From the NCBI RefSeq assembly GCF_009914755.1, contig NC_060925.1: a stretch of DNA of 64,000 nucleotides, one strand, 5' to 3'. Below, one piece after another: positions 1 to 13,499 of the stretch. Origin of the DNA: the human T2T-CHM13v2.0 reference genome, Homo sapiens. Position 1 is the stretch's first letter. Every line of letters begins with the position of its first letter. The position numbers were made by a program, and so were the translations under genes. The notes below the pieces were generated by a model. That model did no database searches and was not told where the DNA came from. It saw only the letters and a program-made list of their open reading frames with translations.

Positions 1-2453
1 CATTTAGCCCATTTACATTTAAGTTTAATATTGTTATGTGTGAATTTGATCCTGTCCTTATGATGCTAGCTGGTTATTTTGCTCATTAGTTGAGCAGTTT
101 CTTCATAGTGTCAATGGACTTTACATTTTGGTTTGTTTTTGCAGTGGGTGGTACTGGTTTTTCCTTTGTATATTTAGTGCTTCCTTCAGGAGTTCTTGTA
201 AGGCAGGCCTCATGGTGACAAAATCCCTCAGTATTTCCTTCTCTGTAAAGGATTTTATTTCTCCTTCACTTATGAAGCTTAGTTTAGCTAGATATGAAAT
301 TCTGGGTTGAAAATTCTTGTCTTTAAGAATGTTGAATATTGGCCCCCACTCTCTTCTGGCTTGTAGGGTTTCTGCAGAGAGATCCGCCATTAGTCTGATG
401 GGCTTCCCCTTGTGGGTAACCCAACCTTTCTTTCTGGTTGTCCTTAACATTTTTTCCTTCATTTCAACGTCGGTGAATCTGATGATTATGTGTCTTGGGG
501 TTGCTCTTCTCAGGAGTATCTTTGTGATGTTCTCTGTACTTTCTGAATTACAATGTTGGCCTGTCTTGCCAGGTTGGGGAAATTCTCCTGGATAATATCC
601 TGAAGTGTGTTTTCCAACTTGATTCCATTCTCCCCGTCACTTTCAGGTACACCAATCAAATGTAGGTTTGATCTTTGTTCACATAGTCCCATATTTCTTG
701 GAGGCTTTGTTTGTTCCTTTTCATTTTTTTTTCTCTAACCTTGTCTTCATGCTTTATTTCATTAAGTTGATCTTCTATGTCTGACATCCTTTCTTCTGCC
801 CGATCAATTTGGCTATTGATACTTGTGTATGCTTCACGAAGTTTTCGTGCTATGTTTTTCAGCTCCATCAGGTCATTTATGTTTTTCTCTAATCTAGTTA
901 TTCTAGTTAGCAATTCCTGTAACCTTTTTTCAAGGTTCTTAGCTTCCTTGCATTGGCTTGGAACATGCTCCTTTAGATCGGAAGAGTTTATTACCCACCT
1001 TCTGAAGCCCGCCTCTGTCAATTTGACATACTCATTTTCCGTCCAGTTTTGTTCCCTTGCTGGCGAGGAGTTGTGATCTTTTGGAGGAGAAGAGGCATTC
1101 TGGTATTTGGAATTTTCAGCCTTTTTGAGCTGCTTTTTCTTCATCTTTGTGGATTTATCTACCTTTGGTCTTTGCTCTTGGTGACCTTTGTATGGAGTTT
1201 TTGCGTGGTTGTCCTTTTTGTTGATGTTGACGCTATTGCTTTCTGTTTGTTAGTTTTCCTTCTAACAACCAGGCCCGTATTCTGCAGGTCTGCTGGAGTT
1301 TGCTGGGGATCCACTCCAGATTCTGTTTGCATGTGTATTACCAGTGGAGACTGCAGAACAGCAAAGATTGCTGCCTACTCCTTCCTCTGGAAGCTTTGTC
1401 CCAGCAGGGCACCTGCCAGATGCCAGCTGGAGCTCTCTTGTATGAGGTGTCTGTCGATCCCTGTTGGGAGGTGTTTCCTTGTCAGGAGGCATGAGGGTCA
1501 GCGACCCACTTGAGGAGGCCATCTTTCCCTTAGCAGTGCTTGAGCACTGTGCTGGGAGATCTGCTGCTCTCTTCAGAGCCAACAGGTAGGCAGGAATGTT
1601 TAAGTCCGTTGAAGCTGCACCCACAGCCTTTCCTTCTGTAAGCCCCTGACTGGGGCTGCTGCCTTTCTTTCAGAGATGCCCTGCACAGAGAGGAGAAATA
1701 TAGAGAGGCAGTCTGGCCACAGTGGCTTTGTGGTGTTGGAGTGGGCTCAGTCCAGCCCAAATTCCCCTGCGGCTTTGTTTACACTGTGAGGGGAAAACTG
1801 CCTACTCAAGCCTCAGTAATGGCAGATGCCCCTTCCCCCACCAAGCTCGAATGTCCCAGGTCGACTTCAGACTGCTGTGCTGGCAGCAAGAATTTCAAGC
1901 CAGAGGATCTTAGCTTGCTGGGCTCCATGGTGGTGGGACCCACTGAGCAAGACCACTTGGCTCCCTGGCTTCAGCCCCTTTTCCAGGGGAGTAAACAGTT
2001 CTTTCTCATTGGTGTTCCAGGCACCACTGAGGTATGAAAAAAACTCCTGCAGCTAGCTTGGTGTCTGCTCAAATGGCCACTCAGTTTTGTGCTTGAAACC
2101 CAGTTTTATGCTTGAAACCCAGGGCCCTTGTGGTGTAGGCACCCAAAGGAATCTCCTGGTCTGTGGGTTGCAAAGACCGTGGGAAAAGTGTAGTGTCTGG
2201 GCTGGATAGCACTGTCCCTCAAGGTATGGTCCTTCATGGCTTCCCTTGGCTAAGGGAGGGAGTTCCCCAATCCCTTGCACTTCCTGTGTGAGGTGATGCC
2301 CCACCCTGCTTCTGTTCACCCTCTGTGGGCTACACTCACTGTCTAACCAGTCCCAATGAGATGAACTGGGTACCTCAGTTGGAAATGCAGAAATCACCCG
2401 CCTTCTCTATTGGTCTTGCTGGGAGCTGCAGACTGGAGCTGTTCCTATTCAGC
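1..2453 (-). mobile_element. LINE-1 (older L1PA-type) 5' UTR and disrupted ORF1, antisense in the last GCSAML intron; continues left of the window
   Basis: Minus-strand ORF fragments 656-1144, 510-692 and 121-462 match L1 ORF1p (NASSPPKDHNSSPAREQNW, GKPIRLMADLSAETLQARREW). GC-rich 5' UTR ends at 'gactggagctgttcctattc' (2431-2450). Confidence 0.95.
1819..2037 (+). CDS. L1 antisense ORF0-like reading frame, 72 aa (MADAPSPTKLECPRSTSDCCAGS...GVPGTTEV)
   Basis: ATG 1819 (gtaATGG) to TGA 2035-2037, antisense within the L1 5' UTR. The N-terminus resembles L1 ORF0 as I recall it (MAGAPPP...ISDCCAS...VGVGPSE). Translation is unproven. Confidence 0.5.
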   Translation: MADAPSPTKLECPRSTSDCCAGSKNFKPEDLSLLGSMVVGPTEQDHLAPWLQPLFQGSKQFFLIGVPGTTEV

Positions 2454-2835
2454 TTTGTTCTTTTTGCTTAGGATTGTCTTGGCTAAACAGGCTCTTTTTT
2501 GGTTCCATATGGAATTTAAAGTAGTTTTTTCTAGTTCTGCGAAGAAAGTCGGGGAGCTTGATGGAAATAGCATTGAATCTATAAATTACTTTGGGCAGTA
2601 TTTCCATTTTTATGATATTGCTTCTTCCTATCCTTGAACATGGAATATTTTTCCATTTGTTTGTTTCCTCTCTTATTTCCTTGAGCAGTGGTTTTTAATT
2701 CTCCTTGAAGAGGTCCTTCACTTCCCTTGTAAGTTGCATTCCTAGGTATTTTATTCTCTTTGTAGCAATTGTAAATGGGAGTTCACTCATGATTTGGCTC
2801 TCTGCTTGTCTATTATTGGTGTACAGGAATGCTTG
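2451..2835 (-). mobile_element. L1 ORF2 internal fragment abutting the 5' end of the preceding L1
   Basis: 'cagctttgttctttttgcttaggattgtcttggct...' aligns by eye with the L1 ORF2 segment at ~60001-60395 in this window. Confidence 0.9.
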
Positions 2836-2920
2836 GGTTTTGGATACCTTAAGTGTAAGAGCACCATCAGGTGTATAAAGAAGAAGGGAAGGTAGTACAC
2901 TGAGTTCAATTTATGAATGA

Positions 2921-3199
<279 letters not shown>

Positions 3200-3480
3200 A
3201 ATCCTCAAGCTGCTTTATCACCTTCCAGCAATGAAGACAATGCAGAATAGCAGACTCTGGCGAAGTTGTTCACCCTGAGCAGTGCATGAAACATTCCTTT
3301 CTGGCTAAAGTTTAGAAATATTATCTTATTATATATCCTTAGGCAACTCTGATATGTGGCATCTCTGTGGCTTAGGTGAAATCATAGAAATTGACACAAT
3401 GACCTAAAATATTCTATGTGTTTTTGCTTGTAAAGTTTGAGGACATGGAGGTGATAAAAAAAACTTTCTTAGGACAATAA

Positions 3481-4153
3481 TGTAAAATGAAAATAAATTT
3501 CTAATCCCCCTGACTAACTGAATGGACCCTCTTCTAGGCCAAAGAGACCTCAGATGAACCTGAAAGACTGAATTCTGGCCATGATAGGAAGGGAGGTGAG
3601 ACACACCTTGTTATACCCCTTCCCTTTTGGAGTTTATGCACAAGTGACCAGGATGAGTCATAAGACTGATGAAATAGACTGATTGTGGCAATAAGAGTCC
3701 CAATTCCAACCTGACTCTGGTGTAGATCACACACTGTCTGAGGGATTCCATCTATGAGACTTTGTCTACATAACAGAGACCTTGGTTTCCACAACCCCTT
3801 TATTTTAGCTAAAGCATTCTTTTCTACTGACTTCTTAAGTCTTTAGACAAAGCTTAACTCTTTCAACCAATTGCCAATCAGACAAACTTTGAATCTACCT
3901 ATGACCTGTAAGCTCTCTCCTGCTTCAAGATCTTGCCTCTTTAAGCTGAACCGATGTGCACTTTCCATTTAATGATTTATGTCTTTGCTTGTAACTCCTG
4001 TCTCCCTAAAATGTATAAAAGTAAACGGTGACCTGACCACCTCAGGCACACTTTCTCAGGACCTCCTGAGAGTGTATCCCAGGCCATGGTAAGTCATGTT
4101 GGCTCAGAATCAACCTCTTTAAATATTTTACAGAATTTGGGTTTTGGTTACCA
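3481..4153 (+). mobile_element. ERV1 solo LTR, MER4-family-like
   Basis: Starts TGT. Contains 'ccctaaaatgtataaaa...cctgaccacctcaggcac...caggacctcctgag' and 'tggctcagaat..cctctttaaatattttacaga', typical of MER4-group LTR 3' ends. Confidence 0.75.
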
Positions 4154-4785
4154 ATAAGTCTCCACAAATATATGTCCAAGAATCTTCAATTCCAAGCCTG
4201 CTCACCAAATTTCAAATGCCAACATCTCCCCATCCAATTACCTATTTCATCTTTGAGGTGTAATCTACTCAATAAACTGTGTAAGACCAGTGACCAGACC
4301 CTTTGCTAACCTGACATTTACTTCAATTTTTCTTTTTCTATGTACTGGATATTTTTGCATATAAACTTGCAGTAATAGTTCAAAAATTAATAGTTTTTGA
4401 CATTGGCTTTTCTGAGAAGAGAAATTGAAAGTGTCACAAAATAAAAAAAGATGAAATGAAGCATATATAATTGTCAATTTTTTCAATTTTCTAGCCAACA
4501 GAGAATCGAAGGATTCTGTTCAAATATTAGTAAAAATTGAAAATAAACTTGTGCTTATATTTTGTTTGCAACACACTAGTTAATTTAACCTGTGACTAGT
4601 TATCTCTACCGAAGGTGGATGTGTAGTTTCTGGTTTTAAAATTCAAGCAAACTGGAAAATAATCCATCTAATTATGCTTTCTTTCCCAAGAAGTTTTTTA
4701 ATGATATGCCAGCTTCCTAATTTGGAGACAAAAGCCTTAATTGACAATGCATTCATTATATATTTTTTTGTATAGTTACAGTATA

Positions 4786-5425
4786 CGAGTTGAGTATCCC
4801 TTAGATGAGATGCTTGGGACCAGAAGTGTTTTGGATTTCAGATTTATTTTTGGATTTTGGAATATTTCCATACATATAATGAGAGAGTTGGAAAATGGGA
4901 TTCAAGTCTAATCATAAAATTCACTTATGTTTGATATACACCTTATCTGAATAGCCTGAAGGTAATTTTATACAATATTTTAAATAATTTTATGCCTGAA
5001 ACAGAGTTTGCGCACATTGGACCATCAGAAAGCAGAAGTGTCACTATTTCAAGTCAGTGCTCAAAAAGTTTCAGATGTTAAGCTGGTGATGCAGTTCATG
5101 CCAGTGATCCGAGTACTTTGGGAAGCCAAGACAGGTGGATCTCTTGAGCCCAGGAGTTTGAGGCCAGACTGCACAACACAGTGAGACCTCGTTTCTACAA
5201 ATAATTAAAAAATTAGCCAGGTGTGGTGGTGCACACCTGTAGTCCCAGGTACTCAGGAGGCTGAGGTAGTAGGATTGTTTGAGACTGGGAGGTTGAGGCT
5301 GAACTGAGCCAGGATCTTGCCACCACATTCCAGCTTGGGCAACAGAGTGAGACCCTGTCTCAAAAAAAAAAAAAGTTTCAGATTTTGGAGCATTTCAGAT
5401 CTTCAGATTAGGGATTTTCAACCTG
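4786..5425 (+). mobile_element. Tigger4/MER46-type non-autonomous DNA transposon, split by an Alu
   Basis: Terminal inverted repeats 'cgagttgagtatccctta' and 'ttagggattttcaacctg', with TA on both sides (4784-4785, 5426-5427). Confidence 0.85.
5080..5374 (+). mobile_element. Old Alu (AluJ-like) nested in the Tigger4 element
   Basis: Dimeric Alu with A tail. TSD aaaagtttcagat(g/t)tt on both sides. Confidence 0.9.
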
Positions 5426-6465
5426 TACTGACCTTTTAGTCATTGACAAGCATTAATCAATAGGTGGACTCCAGATAACTCATTTGCTGTATACACATTT
5501 TGCCTCTCTATTCAACGAATTCTTATGCCCTCTTGTGGTGATTTTAATGTGCGGAAGGGAAACAATAGAAATTTTGCAATTCTAGAAAAGTCATTCTGTC
5601 AAAATATGTCAGTCCTGTAGATATTAGCCAATTTTAGGAAAATGACAAAATTTTTTACTTTTCGTCTGCCTTTGTAGCTGTTTTATGATATAAATACCTT
5701 ATTTGTAATAAAATTAATTTTAATTTGAGTAACAATCTGGAATTATCAGAGAAGGGGCAAGCAATAGGTTAATAAACAGTATTGATTGGTAGAAGGAACG
5801 TTGAAATCCAAGAGCATCAATGTCTTCTGGTGGTTCACCATAAGCCACAGCAGATGTCTTAATCTTTCCGAGATCTAGTTTTTCAGCAAAGCAGGATTTA
5901 AGAAATGTAACTATCTTATGTGGTTATGAAGAACAATAGAATCATTGCTGTATAAGTGCTTTTTAACCTGTAAATTTTGTGAAGCTTATCTTTTATGCAT
6001 ATAAATATTTGAACATTTTACATTGTTTATATTTTTAATCAGTTTTACTCAAGTGTGATTATATACAAGAAAATGTAACCACTGTAAGGGTAGAGTTATA
6101 AGAATTTTGTCAAATGTATTCACCCATGTAGTCACCTCCTTATGAAGAGACAGAACACGTACATCCTCCCAGAAAGTTCCACAGTGCTCCTTTTCCCTGA
6201 GTTTCACCAGTCCTGGCAACCAATGATCTGCTTCGTATAATTATAACTGTTCTAGATATTTGTAGCAATGTACCCTTTCCATATTTATTTTGTGTGTGTA
6301 AGGCTTCTTTTAGTCATTATAATATTTTTGAGATTCATCTATGTTTAATGTTCTATCAGTAGTTGTACATCTTACTTGTCTCAGCATATCACCATATAGA
6401 TATACTATAATTTGTTAATCTAATCACTGATGGATATGTAGGATATTTAAGTTTTTGACATTATG

Positions 6466-6490
6466 AATAAAGTGGCTATAAATGAATAAA
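6466..6490 (+). terminator. Paired polyadenylation signals, candidate GCSAML distal poly(A) site
   Basis: AATAAA x2 followed by 'ggtgtgttagtttact'. Confidence 0.5.
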
Positions 6491-6514
6491 GCGACTACAA
6501 ATTTGAATATCTAG

Positions 6515-6750
6515 GTGTGTTAGTTTACTGGTGCTACCATAACAAAGGACCACAGAGTGAGTGGCTTAAATAATAAACATTTATTTTCTCACAATTCTGA
6601 AGGTTAGAAGTCCAAGGTCAAGGTGTTGGCAGAGCGGGTCTTTTAAGGGAAAAAGCCTAAAAACTTTGAGTTGGTTTCTCTATGGGAAAATCTTTTCAAT
6701 GCATCTCTCCTAGCTTCTGGGGGTATGCTGACAATCTCTGGCATTTCCAC
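6515..6750 (-). mobile_element. MLT1-type MaLR LTR fragment
   Basis: 'ctaccataacaaaggaccacagagtgagtggcttaaa...tttattttctcacaattctgaaggttagaagtccaaggtcaaggtgttggcag'. Confidence 0.75.
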
Positions 6751-6759
6751 ATTTATTGA

Positions 6760-9470
6760 TAAAATGGATACATGCCAAGGGATGAGAAATACATGTGACA
6801 ATAATCAGGGGTCTTCTACCTCAGTGGAATTTCTAGGGTCAAGTGGTGTAAAGCATGTTGAGATTTCCTTCTGTGATGAAGAATAAATTGTTGTACCTCG
6901 TTTCCTTTATGCCCAGAAAAGCAGCATAATGTCTAGCGGCCCCTTTGGATCTTGGCAGCAGCGTATTCTTCATTTGGGTGTGTTACTCTAGCTCATTGAC
7001 TAAGAAACTTGCTAGCTTTGAGTGGGGACTCAGAATAAGAGCAGGCTCTGCAACAGGTCCAGGCTGCTGTGCAAGCTGTTTTGCTACTTGGGCCGTAGGA
7101 TCCAGCAGCTCTAATGGTTCTTGAGGTGTCAGTGGCAGACAGGGATTCTGTTTAGGGCCAGGCCCTTTGCCAGGGCCCTCTAGGTGAATCACAGCGAAGA
7201 CTCTTAGAATTTTGGAGCAAAGCCCTGCCATTTCTTCAGACACCTAAGCTTCTTTTGAAAACTGCATTGGGCTTGCTCCTGGGCCTTATTAAAGATTGAA
7301 TGCTTAACCATGGGCCACCAAGTTACCATGTGACCTGAGCTGCCCCTCATAAAGGGGATGTAGTCTGACCTGTTAAGCTATAAAACGGGGTATGTGCAGA
7401 GCACTTCATTGTAAAATTGAAAGCATACATATGAGATCAGGCTCAAGCAGGTCCTGAAAACACTAGTAAATTACATAAAGAAGTGACCCAAATGTCCGTG
7501 GTCCCCACTCATGCTACACTACCTTACACTGATGGCCTCATGGTGAGTTTCCTATGGTCAATCAACAGGCCCTACAGAAACCTTGGGCCTGGTTCATAGA
7601 CGGTTTTGCACAATATTCGGGCACTGCCAAAAAATGAACAGCTGCAGCACCACGGCCCTTTCTGGGACATCCATGAATAATAGTGGTGAAGAGAAATCCT
7701 CCCTCAGAGTGGAACTTCAAATAGTACATCTGGTTCCTTGCTTTGCCTGGAAACAGAAATGGCCAAATGTGTGATTTTTTTTAATCAATTCATGGGCTGT
7801 GGCCAGTGGTTTGGTGGATGGTGAGAGACTTGGAATGAATATGGTTGGACAATTGGTGACAAGGAGGTCTGGGGAAGAATTATGTGGATGGACCTCTCTT
7901 AGGCTAAAAACCTGAAGATATTGTGTTATGTGAGTGCTCACCAAAGAGTGACGTCAGCAGAGAAACTAATAGTCAACAGTGTGTGGATATCAGTCAGCCT
8001 CTTTCCCCAGCCACCCCGTCATCACACAGTGGGCTCCTGAACAGGTATGGTGGCAGGGATGGAGATTATGCATAATTTCCATTCTTCAAGGCTGACCTGA
8101 CTATGGTCACTGCTGATTGCCCAATCTGCCAGCAGCAGAGACAAACATTGAGCCCCTGATATGGCAGCATTCCCCAGGGCGATCAGACAGCTACCAGGTG
8201 GCAGGTGGATTACACTGGAACACTTCTGTCACGGAAGGTAGTTCTTACTGAAATAGACACTCTGGATGTGAATTTGCCTTCTCTGCACATTACGGTTCTG
8301 CAAAAGTACCGTCTGTGGACTCACAGAGTGCCTTATCCACCACGATGTTATTTTACACAGCTTTGCTTCTGGTTAAGGAACTCACTTCACAGAAAACAGA
8401 GTGTGCCAATGAGTTCATGCTCATGAATTATGAATTCACTGGCCTTACCATGTTCCCCATGATCCTGAAGCAGCTGGCTTGTAAGAATAGTGGAATAGCC
8501 TTTGGAAGACTCAGTAGCAGTATCAGTTTGGTGGTAAAACCTTGAAGGATTGAGACAGGTTCTCTATAATGCTATATAGGCTTTGAATCAATGTCCAATA
8601 TATGGTGTTTCCAACATAGTGAGGATTCATGGGTCCAGGAACCAAAGGATGGAAATGGGATTTGCATCATTCATTATTACTCTTAGTGATCCACTGACAA
8701 ACAATTTTTGTCCTCACGATCTTAAGCTCTGCTTGCCTAGAGGTCTTGGTTCCAGAGGGAAGAATGCTTAGGTCAGGAGACAAAACAACGTTTCTGTTAA
8801 ACTGGAAATTGAGACGGCCACCTGGCCACTTTGAGCTCTTTGTTCCTCTGGATCAAAAGGTAAAAAGGGAAATTACTATAGTGGTTGGGGTAATTGATAC
8901 TGACCAAAAAGGACAAATTGGACTGCTACTCCAATACTCCACACAGTACTGTCATGCTCTGTGATTAAAGTCAGGGGACAACTACAACAACCCAATTCAG
9001 ACAGGACTATTAATGGCCCAGACCCTTCAGGAATAAAGGTCTGGGTTGACCCACCAGGTAAAGAACTACAACCAAGATGCTTGCAAAGGCAAAGGAACAT
9101 AGAATATAAAAGAAGGCAGCTACAACCATGCGACTAGTTACAGAAATGAGGACTGTATTGTTATATTTCTTCTTTGTTTTGTTGTGAATATGTTTGTATA
9201 AATGCATGTATGTATAGACATATATAAACATTTATATGTATGTTACATAATTATTTTATGTATTACATATACATATATGCATATATATACACACAGTAAG
9301 CAAATATCTTTGATTTCTTTCCTCTTTTATCCTCTTATGATGTAAGATAAGATGTATTACTTTTACATCACAGTATGTAAGTTATAGGATATCAAAGAGA
9401 AAATAGCACTTGTCAGTTTCCTTATTTGAAGATTCAGTATGGTTTGAGGAGTTGTGTATGAGTGTCAAGG
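6760..9470 (+). mobile_element. ERV-L internal pol remnant (RT end, RNase H, integrase, dUTPase), heavily disabled
   Basis: Integrase zinc-finger ADCPICQQ (~8112-8135) and WQVDYTG (~8199-8219). dUTPase-like LNWKLRRPPGHF...GVIDTDQKGQIGLLL (8746-8964) lies downstream of the integrase, the ERV-L arrangement. Confidence 0.85.
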
Positions 9471-9477
9471 ATGAACT

Positions 9478-9662
9478 ATAAGAGTTAATTTTGTGTCAAC
9501 TTTTCTAGGCTATAGTACCCAGCTAGGTCAAACATGAGTCTAGATGTTGCTGTGAAAGTATATTTTAGATGTGATTAGCATTTAAATCTGTAGACCTTGA
9601 GTAAAGCAGATTAATCTCCTTCATAAAATATGTGGGCCTCATCCAAACTGTTGAAGACATTA
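9478..9662 (+). mobile_element. MLT2-type LTR 5' part (3' LTR of the ERV-L), truncated by L1
   Basis: 'gttaattttgtgtcaactt...tcaaacatgagtctagatgttgctgtgaaagtat...tgagtaaagcagatta...gtgggcctcatccaa'. Confidence 0.75.
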
Positions 9663-10149
9663 AACAAAGCAATTATCAGCCAAGAATTTTGTATCCAGTG
9701 AAACTAAGCATCATAAATGAAGGAAAGATGCAATTTTTTTCCAGACAAACAGATGCTGAGAGAATTTGCACTACAAGAACTGCTAAAAGGAAATCTAAAT
9801 CTTGACACAAATCCTCAAAATATACCAAAATAGAACCTCCTTAAAACATAAATGTCACAGGATCTATAAAACTACAACACAATGGAAGAAAAAGGTATTC
9901 AGGCAACAGATAGCACAACACATAGAATAGTACCTCATATCTCAATACTAACATTGAATGTAAATGGCCTAAATGCTCCACTTAAAAGATACAGAATGGT
10001 AGAATGGATAAGAATTCACCAACCAAATTTCTGCTGTCTTCAGGAGACTCATCTAACACATAAAAACCCACATAAACTTAAGGTAAAGGAGTGGAAAAAG
10101 ATATTTCACACAAATGTATACCAAAAGCAAGCAGGAGTAGCTATTCTTA

Positions 10150-10391
<242 letters not shown>

Positions 10392-10832
10392 AAAGGCAAA
10401 GAAGGACATTATATAATGATAAAAGGACTTGTCCAACAGGAAAATTTCACAATTCTAAATATATATGGCCCTAACAGTGGAACTCCCAAATTTATAAAAC
10501 AATTACTAGACCTAAGAAATGAGATACATGGCAACACAATAATAGTGGGGGACCTTAATACTCCACTGACAGCACTAGACAGATCATCAGGATAGAAAGT
10601 CAACAAAGAAGCAATGGACTTAAACTATACCCTACAACAAATGGAGTTAACAGATATTTGCAGAACATTCTACCCAACAACTGTAGAATATGCATTCTAT
10701 TCATCAGCACATGGAACATTCTCCAAGACATACAGTGTGATAGGCCATGAAACAAGCCTCAGCAAATTTAAGAAATTCAAAATTATGTCAAGTATTCTCT
10801 TAGACCACAGTGGAATAAAGCTGGAATTTAAC

Positions 10833-11821
10833 TTTGGGGAAAAGAGAGATCAGATTGTTACTGTGTCTATGTAGAAAAGCAAGACATAAGAAACTCCATT
10901 TTGATCTGTACTAAGAAAAATTGTTCTGCTTTGAGATGCTGTTAATCTGTAACTTTAGCCCCAACCCTGTGCTCACAGAAACATATGCTGTTTTGAATCA
11001 AGGTTTAATGGATTTAGGGCTGTGCGGGATGTGCCTTGTTAACAATATGTTTGCAGGCAGTATGCCTGGTAAAAGTCATCGCCATTCTCCGTTCTTGATT
11101 AACCAGGGACACAATGCACTGTGGAAAGCCACAGGGACCTCTGCCCAAAAAAGCCTGGGTATTGTCCAAGATTTCCCCCCAGTGAGACAGCGTGAGATAT
11201 GGCCTTTTAGGAAAGGAAAGACCTTACAGCCCCCAGACCCACACCTGTGAAGGGTCTGTGCTGAGGAGGAGTAGTGAAAGAGGGAGGCCTCTGTGTGGTT
11301 GAGACAAGAGGAAGGTTTCTATCTCCTGCTCATCCCTGGGAATGGAATGTCTTGGTGTAAAGCCGACCATTTGTTCTATTCTGAGATAGGAGAAACTGCC
11401 CTGTGGCTGGAGGCGAGATATGCTGGCAGCAATACTGCTCTGTTACTCTTTGCTACACTGAAATATTTATGTAAAGTGAAACATAAATCTAGCCTACGTG
11501 CACATCCAGACACAGTACCTTTCCTTGAACTTATTCATGTTACAGATTGCTTTGTTCACATGTTTCCCTGCTGAACTTCTCCCCACCATCACCCTGTTGC
11601 CCTGCCACACTCCGTTCACCAAGATAGTAAAAATAGTGATCAATAAATACTGAGGGAACTGAGAGACCAGTGCCGGTGCAGGTCCTCGTACATTGAGTGC
11701 CGGTCCCCTGGGCTCACTGTTCTTTCTCTATATTTTGTCTCTGTGTCTTATCTCTTTTCTCAGTCTCTTGTCTCCACCTGATGAGAAATACCCACAGATG
11801 TGGAGGGGCAGACCTCCTTCA
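10833..11821 (+). mobile_element. HERV-K (HML-2) solo LTR, LTR5A/LTR5B-like
   Basis: 'tggggaaaagagagatcagattgttactgtgtctatgtagaaa...' to '...gtggaggggcagacctccttca'. Internal AATAAA at 11642. TSD TTAAC(T) at 10828 and 11822. Confidence 0.92.
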
Positions 11822-13342
11822 TTAACTCCAAAAGGAGCTCTCAAAACCATGCAAATATATAAAAATTAAATAACCTGCTCCTGAATGATCATTGGGTCAA
11901 CAACACCGTCAAGACGGAAATTTAAAAAATTCTTTGAACTGAATGATAATAGTGACACAACCTATCAAAACCTCTGGGACAGAGCAAAAGTGGTTCTAAG
12001 AGGAAAGTTCAGAGCATTAAATGCCTACATCAAAAAGTCTGAGAGAGCACATATAGATAATCTAAGTCACACCTCACAGAACTGGAGAAACAAAAACAAT
12101 CCAAACTCAAACTCAGCAGAATAAAAGAAAATAGAAGATGAGAGCAGAACTAAATAAAATTGAAACAAAAAAAGAAAAATACAAAAGATAAATGAGACAA
12201 AAATCTGGTTCTTTGAAAAGATAAATAAAATCGATAGACCATTAGTAAGATTAACCAAGAAAAGAAGAGAAAAGATCCAATTTAGTTCAATTAGAAATGA
12301 AATGGGAGATACTACAACTGATACCACAGAAATACAAAAGACTTTTCAAGGCTACTATGAGCATCTTTACTCATATAAACTAGAAAACCTAGAGGAGATG
12401 GGTAAATTCCTGGAAATATACAACCTCCCAGATTAAACCAGGAAGAAATAGAATCTTGGAACAGACCAGTAACAAGCAGCAAGATTGAAATGGTAATTTA
12501 AAAATTGTCGAAAAAAAAAGTCCAAGACCAGACGAATTCACAGCTGAATTCTATCACACATTCAAAGAATTGGTACCAATCCTATTGACACTATTCCACA
12601 AGATAGAGAAAGAGGGAATCCTCCCTAAATCATTCTATGAAGCCAGTATCACCCTAATAGTAAAACCAGGCAAGGACATAACAAAAAAAGAAAACTACAG
12701 ACCAATATTCCTGATGAACATAGATGCAAAAATCCTGAAAAAAAAAAAAAAACTAACAAACCAAATTCAACAACATGTCAAAAAGATAATCCACCACGAT
12801 CAAGTGGGTTTCATACCAGGGAAGCAGGAATGGTTTAACATATGTAAGTCAGTAAATGTGATATGCCACATAAACAGAATTAAAAACAAAAATCACACGA
12901 TTATCTCGATAGACACAGAAAAAGCATTTGACAAAATCCAGCATCCTTTTATGATTAAAACCCCCAGCAAAATTGGCCTAGAAGGGACATAGCTTAGTTG
13001 TCTAAAAATTGCTTGCCTTTTCATATTTTTGACCTATTTGTATTTCTTCCTTTTCTTTTTTTCTATATCTGTCACATATATATTTACAATACAGGTTTTT
13101 ATTTGTCTCTTACTGATATTTTAAAATGCCATGGTTATTAAATCTTTGCTTTTTGTCTTATAAATATTTCCCACATTTTAAAATTTGTGTTTAATATTTG
13201 AAATACAGTTGAAAATTTGCTTTCGTAGGGGAGGAGAAGTTATTTTTATCTACCTTTCTTAGGTTTACTGGTGGGGCTGACTCCGGTAACAAAAGAAAAA
13301 TTCACAAGAGAAACATGAACAAGTTTATTAAAATGTATACTG

Positions 13343-13415
13343 CAGTATACACGAGAGATGCTCAGTATACACGAGAGATGTATACACGAGAGATGTATAC
13401 ACGAGAGATGCTCAG
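13343..13415. repeat. 15-bp-core minisatellite (gtatacacgagagat), 4 copies
   Basis: Read directly from the sequence; two copies carry an extra 'gctca'. Confidence 0.9.
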
Positions 13416-13499
13416 GGAATGAGTAATTCCCAAAGAGGTAACCTAGGCCTCCAGCTTATGGAGCAGCTTCAAAGAAGAATGGTAAATTTTTAGAGGATA

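Larger units (their letters stand above)
3200..6510 (+). other. GCSAML: GCSAML 3' UTR (approximate end), containing exonised LTR, Tigger and Alu sequence
   Basis: Follows the stop codon. Tandem AATAAA at 6466-6471 and 6485-6490 precede a GT-rich stretch. Earlier AATAAA sites (e.g. 4271) could give shorter isoforms. Confidence 0.55.

Noticed and set aside
6760-9470. Domesticated ERV-L integrase or dUTPase gene
   Set aside because: Frames are fragmented by many stops and frameshifts; no ORF exceeds ~90 aa.
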